Assembly: GCA_951406725.2 (NCBI GenBank) | Contig: OX597827.1 | Location: 47,492,001-47,556,000 of the forward strand | DNA: 64,000 bases | Direction of reading: 5' to 3' | From: Octopus vulgaris | Taxonomy: Eukaryota | Part shown: positions 51,815 to 64,000 of the stretch, in pieces | How positions within the stretch are numbered: the first letter of the stretch is position 1 | Layout of the letters: each line of letters begins with the position of its first letter | Position numbers and translations under genes: made by a program | The notes under the pieces: model-generated | The model's input: only the letters and a program-made list of their open reading frames with translations | What the model was told of the DNA's origin: nothing | Databases searched by the model: none

Positions 51815-53008
51815 TACGTGGGGGTACCAAAAAGAAACCGGAATTTTGCAATATTATTTTCTTCGCCTAGTTTTACATGTTTACGCTTTTATCGCCTTCA
51901 AAGTACCCTCCATTTGAAGCAATGCATCGGACCAGACGTGATTTGCAGTCTTCGAAGCAGTCCTGGGACTCTTACGAAGTGATGCATTTTAACGCCTCCG
52001 TCGCTGTTATTATTCTCTCCTATATCTGCAAAACTGGCAGCGAGCTGGCAGAAACATTAGCACGCCGGGCGAAATGCGTAGCCGTATTTCGTCTGTCGTT
52101 ACGTTCCGAGTTCAAATTCCGCCGAGGTCGACTTTGCCTTTCATCCTTTAGGGGTCGATAAATTAAGTACCAGTTATCCACTGGGGTCGATGTAATCGAC
52201 TTAATCCGTTTGTCTGTTCTTGTTTGTCCCTTCTGTGTTTAGCCTCTCATGGGTAGTAAAGAAATATATATCTGCAAAACTTTTTCCTTTAAGGATATTT
52301 TTCATTCGGGATAACAATAAAAGTCTCAGGGACGAAGATCAATTTCCAGTTGTTCTTTCAGGTCACGACACGCATTCAATCGTGACTACTTTTGATCTTC
52401 CGTGAGCAAGCGAGGCACAAATTTTGCTGCAATAACTCTGCTTATTCGCAATTCCTCACAAAAAATTCGTTGGCTGGAGCTTCCGGACACACCATTCATA
52501 TCAACAAGTTCGCAAATTGTTCGGCGACGACCCTCCAAGATCATTTTATTAATTTTCGTGACAGCCCTCCAAGTTCATTTCATGAATTTTTGTAATATTT
52601 TCATTCGTTCGGGGGACCGCCAGTTGCCCTGAGTGAGGTTGTTCATCAAGTGATGAATGAAAATTCCTAAAGCATGGAAACCACTCGTAAATTTGTGTCT
52701 TGTTCATGGCAGCGTCCTTGTAAGCTGTTTGAAGCATGACAAATGTTTCGACTGCTGTTTTCCCCAGTAGGAAACAAAATATCACGGAGGTACGCTGTTC
52801 TTTCGTATCAGCCATCACAAAAATCGACAGACATGGGAGAAGCACTGCAACACAAAAACGCACCACGTGGCAGTACGACTACAGCAGATGACACCGGTCG
52901 GAATATTGATGCCTGAATGTTGCCCGCCCCAAGGTATTTCTAGCGGCGGACGCCTGAACTGCAACGGGTTGGTTTATCTACAGAGAACGTTTTGGGCACT
53001 GCCTCGTA
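51815..53008 (-). mobile_element. Internally deleted mariner transposon interrupted by a family-B SINE
   Basis: Imperfect TIRs tacgtgggggtaccaaaa / ttttgggcactgcctcgta; N-terminus MADTKEQRTSVIFCFLLGKTAVETFVMLQTAYKDAAMNKTQIYEWF; C-terminus LKGKSFADI...CFEDCKSRLVRCIASNGGYFEGD. Confidence 0.88.
52036..52266 (+). mobile_element. SINE family B nested in the mariner, 15-bp TSD
   Basis: TSD tatatctgcaaaact at 52021-52035 and 52267-52281. Confidence 0.95.
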
Positions 53009-53158
53009 GAAGCATACATACATGCAAACACACACAGACACAGATGTAGATAGGAGCCCCATAAGACATCGTCTTAGTCTTATTTTCATTTGGAAAGGTT
53101 TATATATTTTATTAATGGACATATCTATGTTTCAGGTTCTATATGTGACTGCTTATCC

Positions 53159-54046
53159 ATGCCGCATACAAAAGAAGGCTTGGAACTCTCCAAATTTCAA
53201 AGAGGCTGTATTCTGAATCAATCCGAAGGTGGGTCTAGTCAGAGTAAAATCGCAGAAAACGTTTGGATCTCACTTTCTACATTTAATAGAGACATTGTGC
53301 AATGCATCATGGGGAGGGGGTAAGGAGTCCACATTACCTCATCAATGTCGACTAGGGCCTTCTGATAGGAGTCTTCGGATTAAGTGAAGTGTGGAGCGTA
53401 ATCTTCGTTGTAAGGCCTCTGATATAGCAGAACAAGTTGATGTCAATCCTACAACAGCTGTCAGGTATCTTAACAAACTTGGCTACTAAAGCAGAGCAGC
53501 AAAGAGGAGGCCAATTCTTTGACCAGCCGATATCAAGCGGAGAAACGATTGGACCAATAAGGTAGTGGAGAGACCTATTACTGGGACACTGTCTAAATTT
53601 ACAGCAATTTCTGACAGTGATCGAGTGTGGAGCTGGTGGAGTGTGAGGGAAATAGAAACTCAGATAAATAGGTATCCATATTGTAGAAAGGTCACCTACC
53701 AATCTTCTCCAGTGGTGAAATGCTTAAAGAAAACTCTTTATTTATGGATGATCGAGCTCCTTGTCACACAGCTAAAAAGACCCAAGGTTGGTGGGAAGAG
53801 AATGAGATTCAAAAGCTTCTATGGCCAAGCTATTAGCCAGACATGAATCCTATTGGACACCTCTGGTTCATAATGAACAGAACGCTTCATAAATTGAACA
53901 AGAAAGCATCTTCAAAACCAGATCTCTTGAAATTACTGCATGAAACTTGGAAGGAAATTCAAGAGAATATTTGTCATCTGATCAGTAGCATGCCTAACAG
54001 TATCCTTGCATTGAAAAATGTAAAGGAAGAATCTACTAAATATTAG
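53159..54046 (+). pseudogene. Decayed Tc1-family (DD34E) transposase
   Basis: MPHTKEGLELSKFQRGCIL...KIAENVWISLST (paired-like HTH); FMDDRAPCHTAKKTQGWWEENEIQKLLWPSY*PDMNPIGHLW...SSMPNSILALKNVKEESTKY; stops and frameshifts. Confidence 0.88.
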
Positions 54047-54456
54047 ATATTCACATTATATCAATTAATAAATAATTTAAATTTATAATTTCAGATTTAA
54101 ATTAATTTTAACGACTATAAGGTTATTTATTTACTTCTGTCATGCCTGTGTATATATACATGCAAGCAGGTGTGTGAATGCCTGTGTATGTGTCTGTTGA
54201 TGCGTGTGTATGTGTGTGCGTGTGTGTGTCTGTTAATGTAAGCATATATACTTATATATTTATCGGAAAAATTTGTTAAATAAGTTTGTCACTTTTTTAA
54301 CTCACATTTTACCTCAACAAAAATTGTGTATATATGTATGCGTATATCCACACACATACACACACACACATATTATATATATTTATATACACACACGCAT
54401 ACATATTATATATTTTTATATGCACACACGCATGCATACACACATTTATATATATG

Positions 54457-54500
<44 letters not shown>

Positions 54501-55004
54501 CATATATATACGAGTATGTGTGCGTAGTATATTTATCTTCAAAGTTAATAGTCTTTAATCTCCAGTGGTCATATACTTCGTCAACAATATACAATGAATA
54601 CACGTTTAATTAATTTTATAAAAGTAACAAGACCAACACTAAATTAGAGATAACTACGGTTAGTAACACTGATTAAATGTTTAATTAGTTTCAACATTTG
54701 TCTTTTGAAGCAGATCTAATTCTGGTTACTCACAAATGATTAAGATATCAACAAAACAATATGAAAAACTACAAAAGCAAATAAACAAAGAAATAACACA
54801 AAGTATTATTATGTGAGCAAAATCAGAATGGAAAACAAGGTGCCAATACCACATAATATGAACAAGAATCCTAGATAGAACAAGTAAACTGAAATTAACA
54901 AGATGTAATTAGTAGCAAGAACTTAAAAGATAAATCGACATTATTCTCTCGTAGGTATCAATATGTTTTCAATGTCAGTTATCTCCCATACATTGAAATC
55001 TCTG

Positions 55005-55492
55005 GGACGGCATCTGCCTTGATTGAAAGTAAAAAAAAAAAACAAAGGGCTTACTTTAAGCTAAGAAACTCCCAACAACACTCTGTGATAAAAAGATTAA
55101 AGATTTCGTTTATTTGAAATTGATATATAGACCCCTTTCTCAGGGACGGCATATGCCGTGATTGAAAGTAAAAATATTAACATATATCTGTGTTGACATC
55201 CTTAAAATTGGTATCTTTTTGCCTAGTGATGAAAATGCTATAGTGAGTCAACTTACTTGACGTATTTGCTGCTACAGAGCCATCAATCGTACCACGTTAA
55301 AAACAAGGATTGAACCATTATATAATGTATATCACAGTGTACAAAGATACGGTATGCTCATTCCCAGAAGGTCCTTGATCATAGGTGTTCTTTGTTAGGG
55401 CTTACCCTAAGATAAGAAACTTCCAACAACACTCTGTGTTAAAAAGATTAAATATTTCGTTTCATTGAAAATAATATATAGACCCCTTCTCA
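55005..55492 (+). repeat. Local direct duplications (~95-bp and ~30-bp units)
   Basis: gggcttac..aagaaact.ccaacaacactctgtg..atatatagacccct at 55047-55142 and 55398-55492; ggacggcat.tgcc.tgattgaaagtaaaa at about 55006 and 55144. Confidence 0.8.
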
Positions 55493-56967
55493 ATGATTTC
55501 TTTGACAATATAATTAATATTGCAACATTTGAAAGGAATTCCTGTACTATAGAGATGAAATTAAGTATCCCTTCAATCCCATAAAATAAGGAACTACTGT
55601 GAAGTATGTTTGCTCCGAAAGGCAAAGGAAACTGGAAAATTTTAATATATGGATATATGAATAATTCCGGTTTACTAAATCTATAAAAGAAAAGAAACGC
55701 TTCTTGCTTGGAAGTCTCCCCGTTAACAGCAATACCAGAAATATGAATCAATTATGCCGAAGTTACTTCTGCTACGTTTTGCTAACTTATTTCTTAATCC
55801 CACTTCAAAGAGGAAATGTGTGTAACTTTTGATGTTTTCAAATTAATTAGAAGCTGACGTAATCCCTTTTAAGCCTCGTTGGATGAAACGAAATAACAGC
55901 CTTCAACGCTAGCTGAGAACAAAGAGTCTGAAAATTTGAGAACCAGATAATATTCTTTGCTTCGCTTGCTTAAAGAACACTATGGAAATTCATTCAGCTT
56001 TGAAACATTCACTAACGTAATATTACTGTTCCACCAATTTACGTATCGTTGCTTTATATTGCATTGCAATTCATTTCTTGTCAATGAATTATACTTCGTA
56101 TAAATTAAATCATAATTTAATTTCTGCTACAATCACTTTCAGATTCCACGAAGAAAAGCGTTGCACCCCAAATTATGTGTGCCATATCCGGAACATTTTC
56201 AGTACGAGGATCACAGAGAATCAACTTACTGTGGACTCTATTGAGGCCCTCTATTGAGTATTCACACAAATAGCCCAAGAATAATTTTATGAATGCGTGA
56301 TCATCGCTTTTGAATTGTTGCCATATTGTAGGAAATAGTTCAGTTTGCATAGAGAGAAAGTTTTAGTGAGACGTACCGAGGAGAAAAAAATGCGATAGGC
56401 AGAACAAAAGAACTTCAACACAATTGTCTTTTCAGCAATGTTTTCATACACATATCATTGTGCCAGCATATATATTTGCATAATTGAAATATATTCATAT
56501 CTTTGATGTTAACAAATGGTCATATATTATGTGTGTGTGTGTGTGTGCGCGTGTGTGTGCGTGTGTGTGCATGTGTGTGCGCGTGTGTGTGTCGTGCGTG
56601 TGTGTGTTTACAAAGATACATGCATGTTGGAAACACGCTCATACGTAGATACATATATAACAGGAATATTTCTTATATATATATATTTGTATATGTATTT
56701 ATATATATGTGTGTGTGTGTGAGAGAGTGTGTGTGCGTGTGTGTGTGCGCAAATCACCAAACTGGAACACGTGCGCAGCAGACGACAATAAAACATCCGA
56801 TATGAAGATAAACAGGACAATATATATATGTATATATATATATATGTGTGTGTATATATATATATATATACACATACGATATTAGATATGTACATATATA
56901 TATATACACAAGGGTACTACATGAGGACCTATAAAGCTAAAATAACCTAGAAGTCGAAAAATATATC

Positions 56968-57406
56968 TCTTTCTTTACTCTCTTTACTCTCTTACATGTT
57001 TCAGTCATTTGACTGTGACCATGCTGGAGCACCGCCTTTAGTCGAGCAAATCGACCCCTGGACTTATTCTTTGTAAGCCCAGTACTTATTCTATCGGTCT
57101 CTTTTGCCGAACCGCTAAGTGACGGAGACGTAAACACACCAGCATCGGTTGCCAAGCAATGCTAGGGGGACAAACACAGACACACAAACATATACACACA
57201 CACTTATATATATATACATATATACGACAGGCTTCTTTCAGTTTCCGTCTACCAAATCCACTCACAAGGCTTTGGTCGGCCCGGGGCTATAGCAGAAGAC
57301 ACTTGCCGAACCACTAGGTTACGGGGACGTAAACACACCAGCATCAGTTATCAAGCGATGTTGGGGGCACAAACACAGACACACAAATATATACATACAT
57401 ACATAC

Positions 57407-57456
<50 letters not shown>

Positions 57457-57618
57457 GACGGGCTTCTTTCAGTTCCCGTCTTGCAAATCCACTCAGAAGG
57501 CTTTGGTCAGCCCGGGACTATAGGAGAAGACACTTGCCTCAGATGCCACGCAGTGGGACTGAACCCGGAACCATGTGGTTGGTTAGCAAGCTACTTACCA
57601 CACAGCCACTCCTGCGCC
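56968..57618 (-). mobile_element. SINE family A with an internal tandem duplication (two microsatellite cores)
   Basis: Junction at about 57301-57310 fuses the 3'-half ggttcggcaa to the 5'-half ggcaagtgtcttc through GGCAA microhomology. Confidence 0.9.
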
Positions 57619-57924
57619 TATATATATGTACATATCTAATATTGTATGTGTATATGTTATTAATTTGCGTGTACGGCTGATAATTCGCTTAGCACTCGTG
57701 ATGGTATTTTAATAATATGATCTCTATATAATTATATATATATATCCCAAGCTACCATACAACACATCACATCATAACACACCACCACGCACACATCAGC
57801 ACTAACCACCTCCCAGACCCACATTTTCACATCTACACATACACACCCGCACATGTCAAAACACCAGCCCATCCCACACACACATTAAAACTCTCTTATA
57901 CACATGCACGCGCACCTTCGTTTT

Positions 57925-58192
57925 GGGATCACCACCACTTTGTTATCTCCCCTTTCCCCTTCTCCCTATCTCTCCTGTGTGACCCTTCTGTCCGACCTTC
58001 ACCATGATAGATCGCTTGGCACTACACATTCTTTATTTTTACTCTTCTTGTTCCTTTCTGTGTTCCTTTCTTTGGAAGAGCGTAGGCTCGAAACGTTAAA
58101 AACTTTTTCACTTCCCAGGCGTTAAACTAATACATCTGTTTGTTGTCTACACCACCTGTCTTCGTCTTTTGATTTTTTTTTGCGAATTCTCC

Positions 58193-58198
<6 letters not shown>
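57925..58198 (+). mobile_element. Family H1 repeat with a degenerate hammerhead, ending in (TA)n
   Basis: Homologous to 10125-10378; 58066-58102 reads cuuu-CUUUGGA-a-gagc(guag)gcuc-GAAA-cg-UU-aaaa. Confidence 0.8.
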
Positions 58199-58255
<57 letters not shown>

Positions 58256-58958
58256 ATGTACACAGTGGCACACATACAAACTCGCGCACATAGGTATAAT
58301 TAGCATTAAATAACAAAATGTGTCCCGTATGTTTACTTGCTATCTATTTCATTTGGTGCTGCGCAAGTAATGTGTCGTTTGTAATACTTTCCGTCTTTAA
58401 AATGTAATCTTACGAAGTAAGTAGGCAGAGAACTACCGAATTATAGGATCGATAGTTCAACATTCCTAGAAAGGTTATCTAGTTTGGTTTAGCATCTCAG
58501 TATGATAATAGAATGTAGGTAAATAAACTGAATTCTCTGGCGCATTCTGACTCCCTTAGATTTAAAGACTACATCTTACTTATGTAAATTCGAAGTACAG
58601 GTTCTCTTGGCATCCAACACGGCAATACGTCAAAGGCCCACAAGGCTTCTGTCCCGTTTGTCCTCCGCCTACGTTAACCTAGTGGAAAACAAACAACTTC
58701 TGTCAGAAATATGCGTTCCTGACATTTCCATATTCGAACCAAGTTCGTGGTATAAAAATATACATATGTACATTTATATATAAATGTGTACGTTTATATA
58801 TGTACACATATATGTGTATGTGTGTTTATAAATTTTGTCTAGAACAATTCAAAGGAAAAATAATTTTCACCGGCATATAAATGTAACACCTTTGATTTGA
58901 AATCGGTAGAACTAACGAACAAAACTCTCAGCATTTTTGTGGCGTATTCTCTAACTTT

Positions 58959-58962
<4 letters not shown>

Positions 58963-59030
<68 letters not shown>
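58963..59030. repeat. (AAT)n microsatellite, possibly the tail of a minus-strand retroelement 3' end at about 59030-59310
   Basis: Repeat seen directly; the retroelement link is inference from a single copy. Confidence 0.8.
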
Positions 59031-60120
59031 TTGTGATGCACTACCAGGTAATGTCTCACTTGGCTTCTGATCCTAACGGATGAAATATGTTAATATGTAC
59101 ATGCATTGTTTTAGTGTAAAAGATGGCCTACAGCCAATATTCAGCTCAATACCGCAGATATACTTGTCAGTCACTTGAGCTTAACCAGTTTTGCATGTCC
59201 CTAAGTGGCTGACGATGTGTTCATCTCTGATCACTGGCAGAATTAGCGGGGGAGCATCATAACCAAGTGTTGAGAGGAATTCTTTGGAGTTTAAATAATT
59301 CACCTCTGGAAATTATTTTTATATTAATAAAACCTATTCTAAATCCATTTGAAATTCAGTTATCCAGGGTATCCGAGTCGGAATATGACCATTTTCAAGC
59401 TGGAAACTTCCAGATGATTGATTAGCAAATCTATGTGAAGTAAGGCTTGAGAAATAGCGAAATAATTGTAATATTCCGGCCAAGATAACCTGGATAGCCG
59501 AACTCCACATCGTTTTCGAATGTTTTTTTTTTATTGATATCTTTACCGTCTTAAATGATCGAGTGTCCTAGTACTTGTTGAACCTCATACTACACAGCAA
59601 CACACACACATATACACATACAAGCATACATACACATGCATATATATTCGCATATATATGCGGTAAGGAATGAGAACGATCTTAAAGTAGACTAGACATA
59701 AATGATCATAGTAATTGCCAATGTACCCAGTGAACCTTAACCTTCCGTATGCATTGTGTCATTTCTTATGTATGAAGCTGTGTTCCTCATCCACCGACAA
59801 GATAATGAAACAAAAATAAATATCCTCAGAGTTATTATATACTTTGCGTACTTATTGCTGATAGATGTGTATTTTGGCTCTGCCATATTGTTTAATTTCC
59901 TTTCTGCTTTAGAGTCCAATATTAATCGGAAATGGTTTTGATTATAATATCGTCATAAATATAGCTTTAGTTAACAGTATATGCTATAGTAATGACTAAC
60001 AACGGAACACGAAACCACTTTGCTGGTAATGATGCAAAGCATTATTTGCGAATGAATGTAAAAAGCTAACTTCTTCATAATTTCGTCAGAGCAAACTTGT
60101 TTAATGATTTTGTTCATTAA

Positions 60121-60354
60121 GGCGGAGAGGTGGCTCAAACGTTAGCACGCCGAGCGAAATGCTTAGCGGTATTTCGTCTGCCGTTACGTTCTGAGTTCAA
60201 ATTCCGCCGCGGTCGACTTTGCCTTTCATCCTTTCGGGGTCGATTAAATAAGTGCCAGTTACGCACTGGGATCGATGTAATCGACTTAATCCGTTTGTCT
60301 GTCATTGTTTGTCCTCTCTGTGTTTAGCCCCTTGTGGGTAGTAAAGAAATAGGT
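60121..60354 (+). mobile_element. SINE family B, full length, 12-bp TSD
   Basis: TSD atgattttgttc at 60104-60115 and 60355-60366. Confidence 0.93.
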
Positions 60355-60367
60355 ATGATTTTGTTCT

Positions 60368-60775
60368 TTTATTTCTTTTACTTGTTTCAGTCATTTGACT
60401 GCGGCCATGCTGGAGCACCACCTTTTAAGTCGAACGAATCGACCGCAGGAGTTACTCTATGTAAGGCTAGTACTTATTCAATCGGTTATCTTTTGCGGAA
60501 CCGCTAACTTACGGGGACGTAAACACATCAACATTGGTTGTCAAGTGATGGTTGGGGGACAAACACAGACACACAAAACATACACACATACACACACACA
60601 CGCGCACACACATATATACGACGGGCTTCTTTCAGGTTCCCTCTACCAAATCAACTCACAATGCTTTGGTCGGCCCAAGACTTAAGTAGAAAATACTTGC
60701 CCAAATTGCCACGCACTAAGACGGAACCCAGAGCCATATGGTTGGTAAGCAAGCACTTACCACACAGCCACTCCT
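60368..60775 (-). mobile_element. SINE family A, near full length
   Basis: Reverse complement of the family-A consensus. Confidence 0.88.
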
Positions 60776-60884
60776 AACATTAATAGAATATCGAAAATAC
60801 GACAACACTTCGACATACAGACATACTAGTATTTATCAGAGGAGCATGGTGCCTTTCTATAATATGATAGTTATCATCGACATA

Positions 60885-61010
60885 GCTTCGCTAACAACAT
60901 TGCTTCCCAATCACATGGTCCCGGAATCAGTCCTCGTACATGGCACTTTTGACTGCTACTATGGCCTCAGGACAACTGAAGACTTGTGAGTGGCTTTAGT
61001 GGACGGAAAC
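60885..61010 (+). mobile_element. SINE family A 5' half (a matching 3' half lies at 62155-62385)
   Basis: ttgcttcccaatcacatggtcccgg..tcagtcc..ggcacttt..cttgtgagtgg..gacggaaact. Confidence 0.72.
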
Positions 61011-61012
61011 TA

Positions 61013-61082
<70 letters not shown>

Positions 61083-61114
61083 TAGATAGATAGATAGATA
61101 GATAGTTAGATAGA

Positions 61115-61770
61115 TACAGAGTGGGGCAGAGTGTATGGACGTTTTGAAAAAAAATCCACAACATCATTCATTTTAGCAGCAAATATATTTTATTGACATC
61201 AATGTATTTGCATTGAATTAGCATTTGTTAAAATCAAATGTGGAAAAGAAGATTCCTCATGTGGTGTTTGTTTTCAATGATGCATTCTGAAGGCGCTCTA
61301 GGAAGTTGGCCTCCACTCTCTCCAGCATTGCCCTGTCGATTTGGGCGACTGTCACGCGAATAGGTTCCTTTAAATCATCCAATGTACAGGGCTTACGCAC
61401 ATACACACGTGCCTTGAGATTTTCCCACAAGAAATAAACACATATGTACAAATCAGGGCACGGTGGTGGTGATGGTGGGGCGAGGAATGTCAATAAATAT
61501 CGAACTGAGGCGGTCAACGAAGAGAGGGTGAAGAACGCCCATTGATGCTCTGGCAGTGTGGGCCACGGCCCCAACCTGCTGGAAACACACATCGAATAGG
61601 AATAAGTTTTCTTTGTAATTCAAGCACAAAGAGGTTATCAAATCGATGTAATGCTCGGAGTCCTCAGTAACAGCATTTCTATTACTCTCTTGAAAACCAT
61701 AGGGGCCAATGATGGCAGTGTTTCCAACAGAACACCAGACCGTCACTTTTGGGCTGTGAAGTGGTCTAAT
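61115..61770 (-). mobile_element. Truncated Tc1/mariner transposon, rosa (DD41D)-like transposase C-terminal half
   Basis: TVWCSVGNTAIIGPY..AVT..Y; FQQVGAVAHTARASM..LF.DRLSS; PDL...FLWENLKARVYVRKPCTLDDLK..I...MLERVEANFLERLQ; TIR-like tacagagtggggc at 61115 inside a (GATA)n tract. Confidence 0.82.
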
Positions 61771-61961
61771 AGAGCAAGAAGAGGGAAAGTGTTCATGTTG
61801 CTACTAATGTAACTAAGAATATACTACACTTCTAAGAACTGTATGATGTTTGTTAGGGTCTTAGCTTGTAAAGGATTGTGGTTCATTTTTAATTTATCAA
61901 CTACAAAATCAAAGGTTCGAGGATAGTGTCTGTTTAGAAAGGAGTGCTTATCTATCAATCA

Positions 61962-62385
<424 letters not shown>

Positions 62386-62469
62386 TAGGGAAATAAAAAA
62401 AAAATGTCTCGTATAGAAACAAACAGTAAAACAAAACTTAGGGCAAAAAATTACGATGACGAAATTTGT

Positions 62470-62686
62470 AAGAAGGGCTAAACACAGAGAGGACAAACAA
62501 TGACAGACAAACGGATTAAGTCGAATACATCGACCTCAGTGCGTAACTGGTACTTATGTAATCGACCCCGAAAGGGTAAAAGGCAAAGTCGACCTCGGCG
62601 GAATTTGAACTCAGAACGTAGCGGGAGACGAAATACTGCTGAGCATTCCGCCCGACGTGCTAACGTTTCTACCAGCTCGCCGCCTT
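62470..62686 (-). mobile_element. SINE family B
   Basis: Reverse complement of the family-B consensus, ending ccagctcgccgcc. Confidence 0.92.
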
Positions 62687-62789
62687 GGTACGCACATATA
62701 CCAAAATCGTGAAGAATTAGTAATATTATTTATAATTAGGAAAGTTATTTATTAAATTTCTAGCTATGGGGCTTGAGAAATCTTCCGGC

Positions 62790-63060
62790 TCATCCACCAA
62801 GAAGAAAAGAAAGCAAACAAAACACGTGGTTACAGAAGAAACAAAAAAAAACTTATAATTAAACTACAGAGCTACAAGTGCTCTTAGTCCCTCAGATTAT
62901 GAATAAACATGTCGTAAACCAATGTATTACTCGAAGAAGTTGCAAAAGCTTATGTGATTTTTACGATAACTTAGTAAGTAATCAACGAAGCTACAACCCA
63001 TAATTGCTGAAAACAAAGAAACATTTACGTAGTGCATGAATTAACCAAGAAAAAGATTGT
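62790..63060 (+). pseudogene. Possible decayed LINE ORF fragment (endonuclease-RT linker region)
   Basis: Broken peptides KANKT/VTEETKKL and VVHELTKK resemble RTE-type KxxKxWxTxETxxLI and YxxVxELT; many stops. Confidence 0.35.
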
Positions 63061-64000
63061 GCTCACCGTGCATACTTCATGAAAAAGTTACTAATAATTA
63101 TTTTAGTGCCAGTAATAAACAAGTCATAATTTAATGGCAAACGTCTACAGATATAAACAAAAATTATCCAAAATTTCTATTAGAAGAGGGTATATTTAAA
63201 AGCGCTCAGTCCACAACCCATTTCGGTCTTGCACAATAAGATTTCATTTGCCTAGCTTATTTAAATAGAATGAACTCAGACACAACTATTTGCAAAAACG
63301 TCAAGCCATCTTTTGGAATCCGACGACTCGACGTCAAGATGTATATTGTAGACGACTTATGACTAAAAACTTTACATTATTTCAAGTCGTAGAGTAACAG
63401 TCTAGCTGCAGAGAAACAATGAAACTGAATAGAAAAACATACTACGCAGGAAAGAGTAAAGTGATTAGCTATGATTAGTATCATTTTCGGATTAGAAAAA
63501 AAATGGCGATATCAGCGTCGAAGAGAGGAAAATTAATTACGAACGTTAATAGCATGATAATAAAACAGAGAGAGAATGAGAGAGAGAGAGCGAATTGCAG
63601 CAAACTCATATATACGGATAATTCGGAATCAATGAAACAAACAATGAAAGGAAAGATTAGGAAAGAATATTCTAGACGCAGTTGACTAATGTATAAAGCA
63701 ACCTAAATGCTAACATTTTAGTAAGCAGCGTATCAGTACTTCAGATGTTCCTTCAATGTTTGACAATAACAATATTTTCAGCTGGACGTTAATTGAAGTA
63801 AGAAGATTAATCAAAATAAAAGAAAAAGAATATGAAAATATTGATTGCATTTATAATAAACCACCCGAATTCTGGTATTGAAAGTATTTATTTCTTACGA
63901 ATACTGGGACCTGGGAGGTAATATGGGACTGTTAAAATAGCTTTGTTAAAATAGCCAGTGGTCAACAACAGAAACATCTATCATTTAAGAATTTTTTCAA

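Noticed and set aside
55407-56350. ORFs of 114 and 77 aa on the minus strand
   Set aside because: No recognisable domain, splice pattern or transposase motif; length is compatible with chance

Overview
AT-rich, microsatellite-saturated eukaryotic (animal) non-coding DNA. The SINE repertoire looks like that of octopods (Octopus sp.), an inference from remembered family sequences and not from a search. No complete protein-coding gene is supported, and almost all long ORFs in the track are translations of (TA)n, (CA)n, (TTC)n, (TCTA)n or of SINEs. The window holds about 30 copies or fragments of four tRNA-headed SINE families (called A-D here), several with clear target-site duplications (TSDs). 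It also holds five decayed Tc1/mariner DNA transposons (three mariner, one Tc1, one rosa/DD41D-like), RTE-type LINE remnants, an ~835-bp (TTC)n tract and one orphan 164-codon ORF (41347-41841) that may be a C2H2 zinc-finger tail exon or pseudogene. The most striking unexplained layer is non-coding. There are about ten minimal type I hammerhead-ribozyme motifs (CUGANGA...GAAA...UH with paired stems) in several apparently unrelated short repeat families. Most sit beside simple repeats such as (TA)n, and several lie in inverted (fold-back) arrangements typical of Penelope-like element termini or retrozymes. One of them follows a Pol III B-box (19555-19776). Several long fold-back hairpins also occur, one with 111-bp arms whose only five mismatches are all G-U wobbles.
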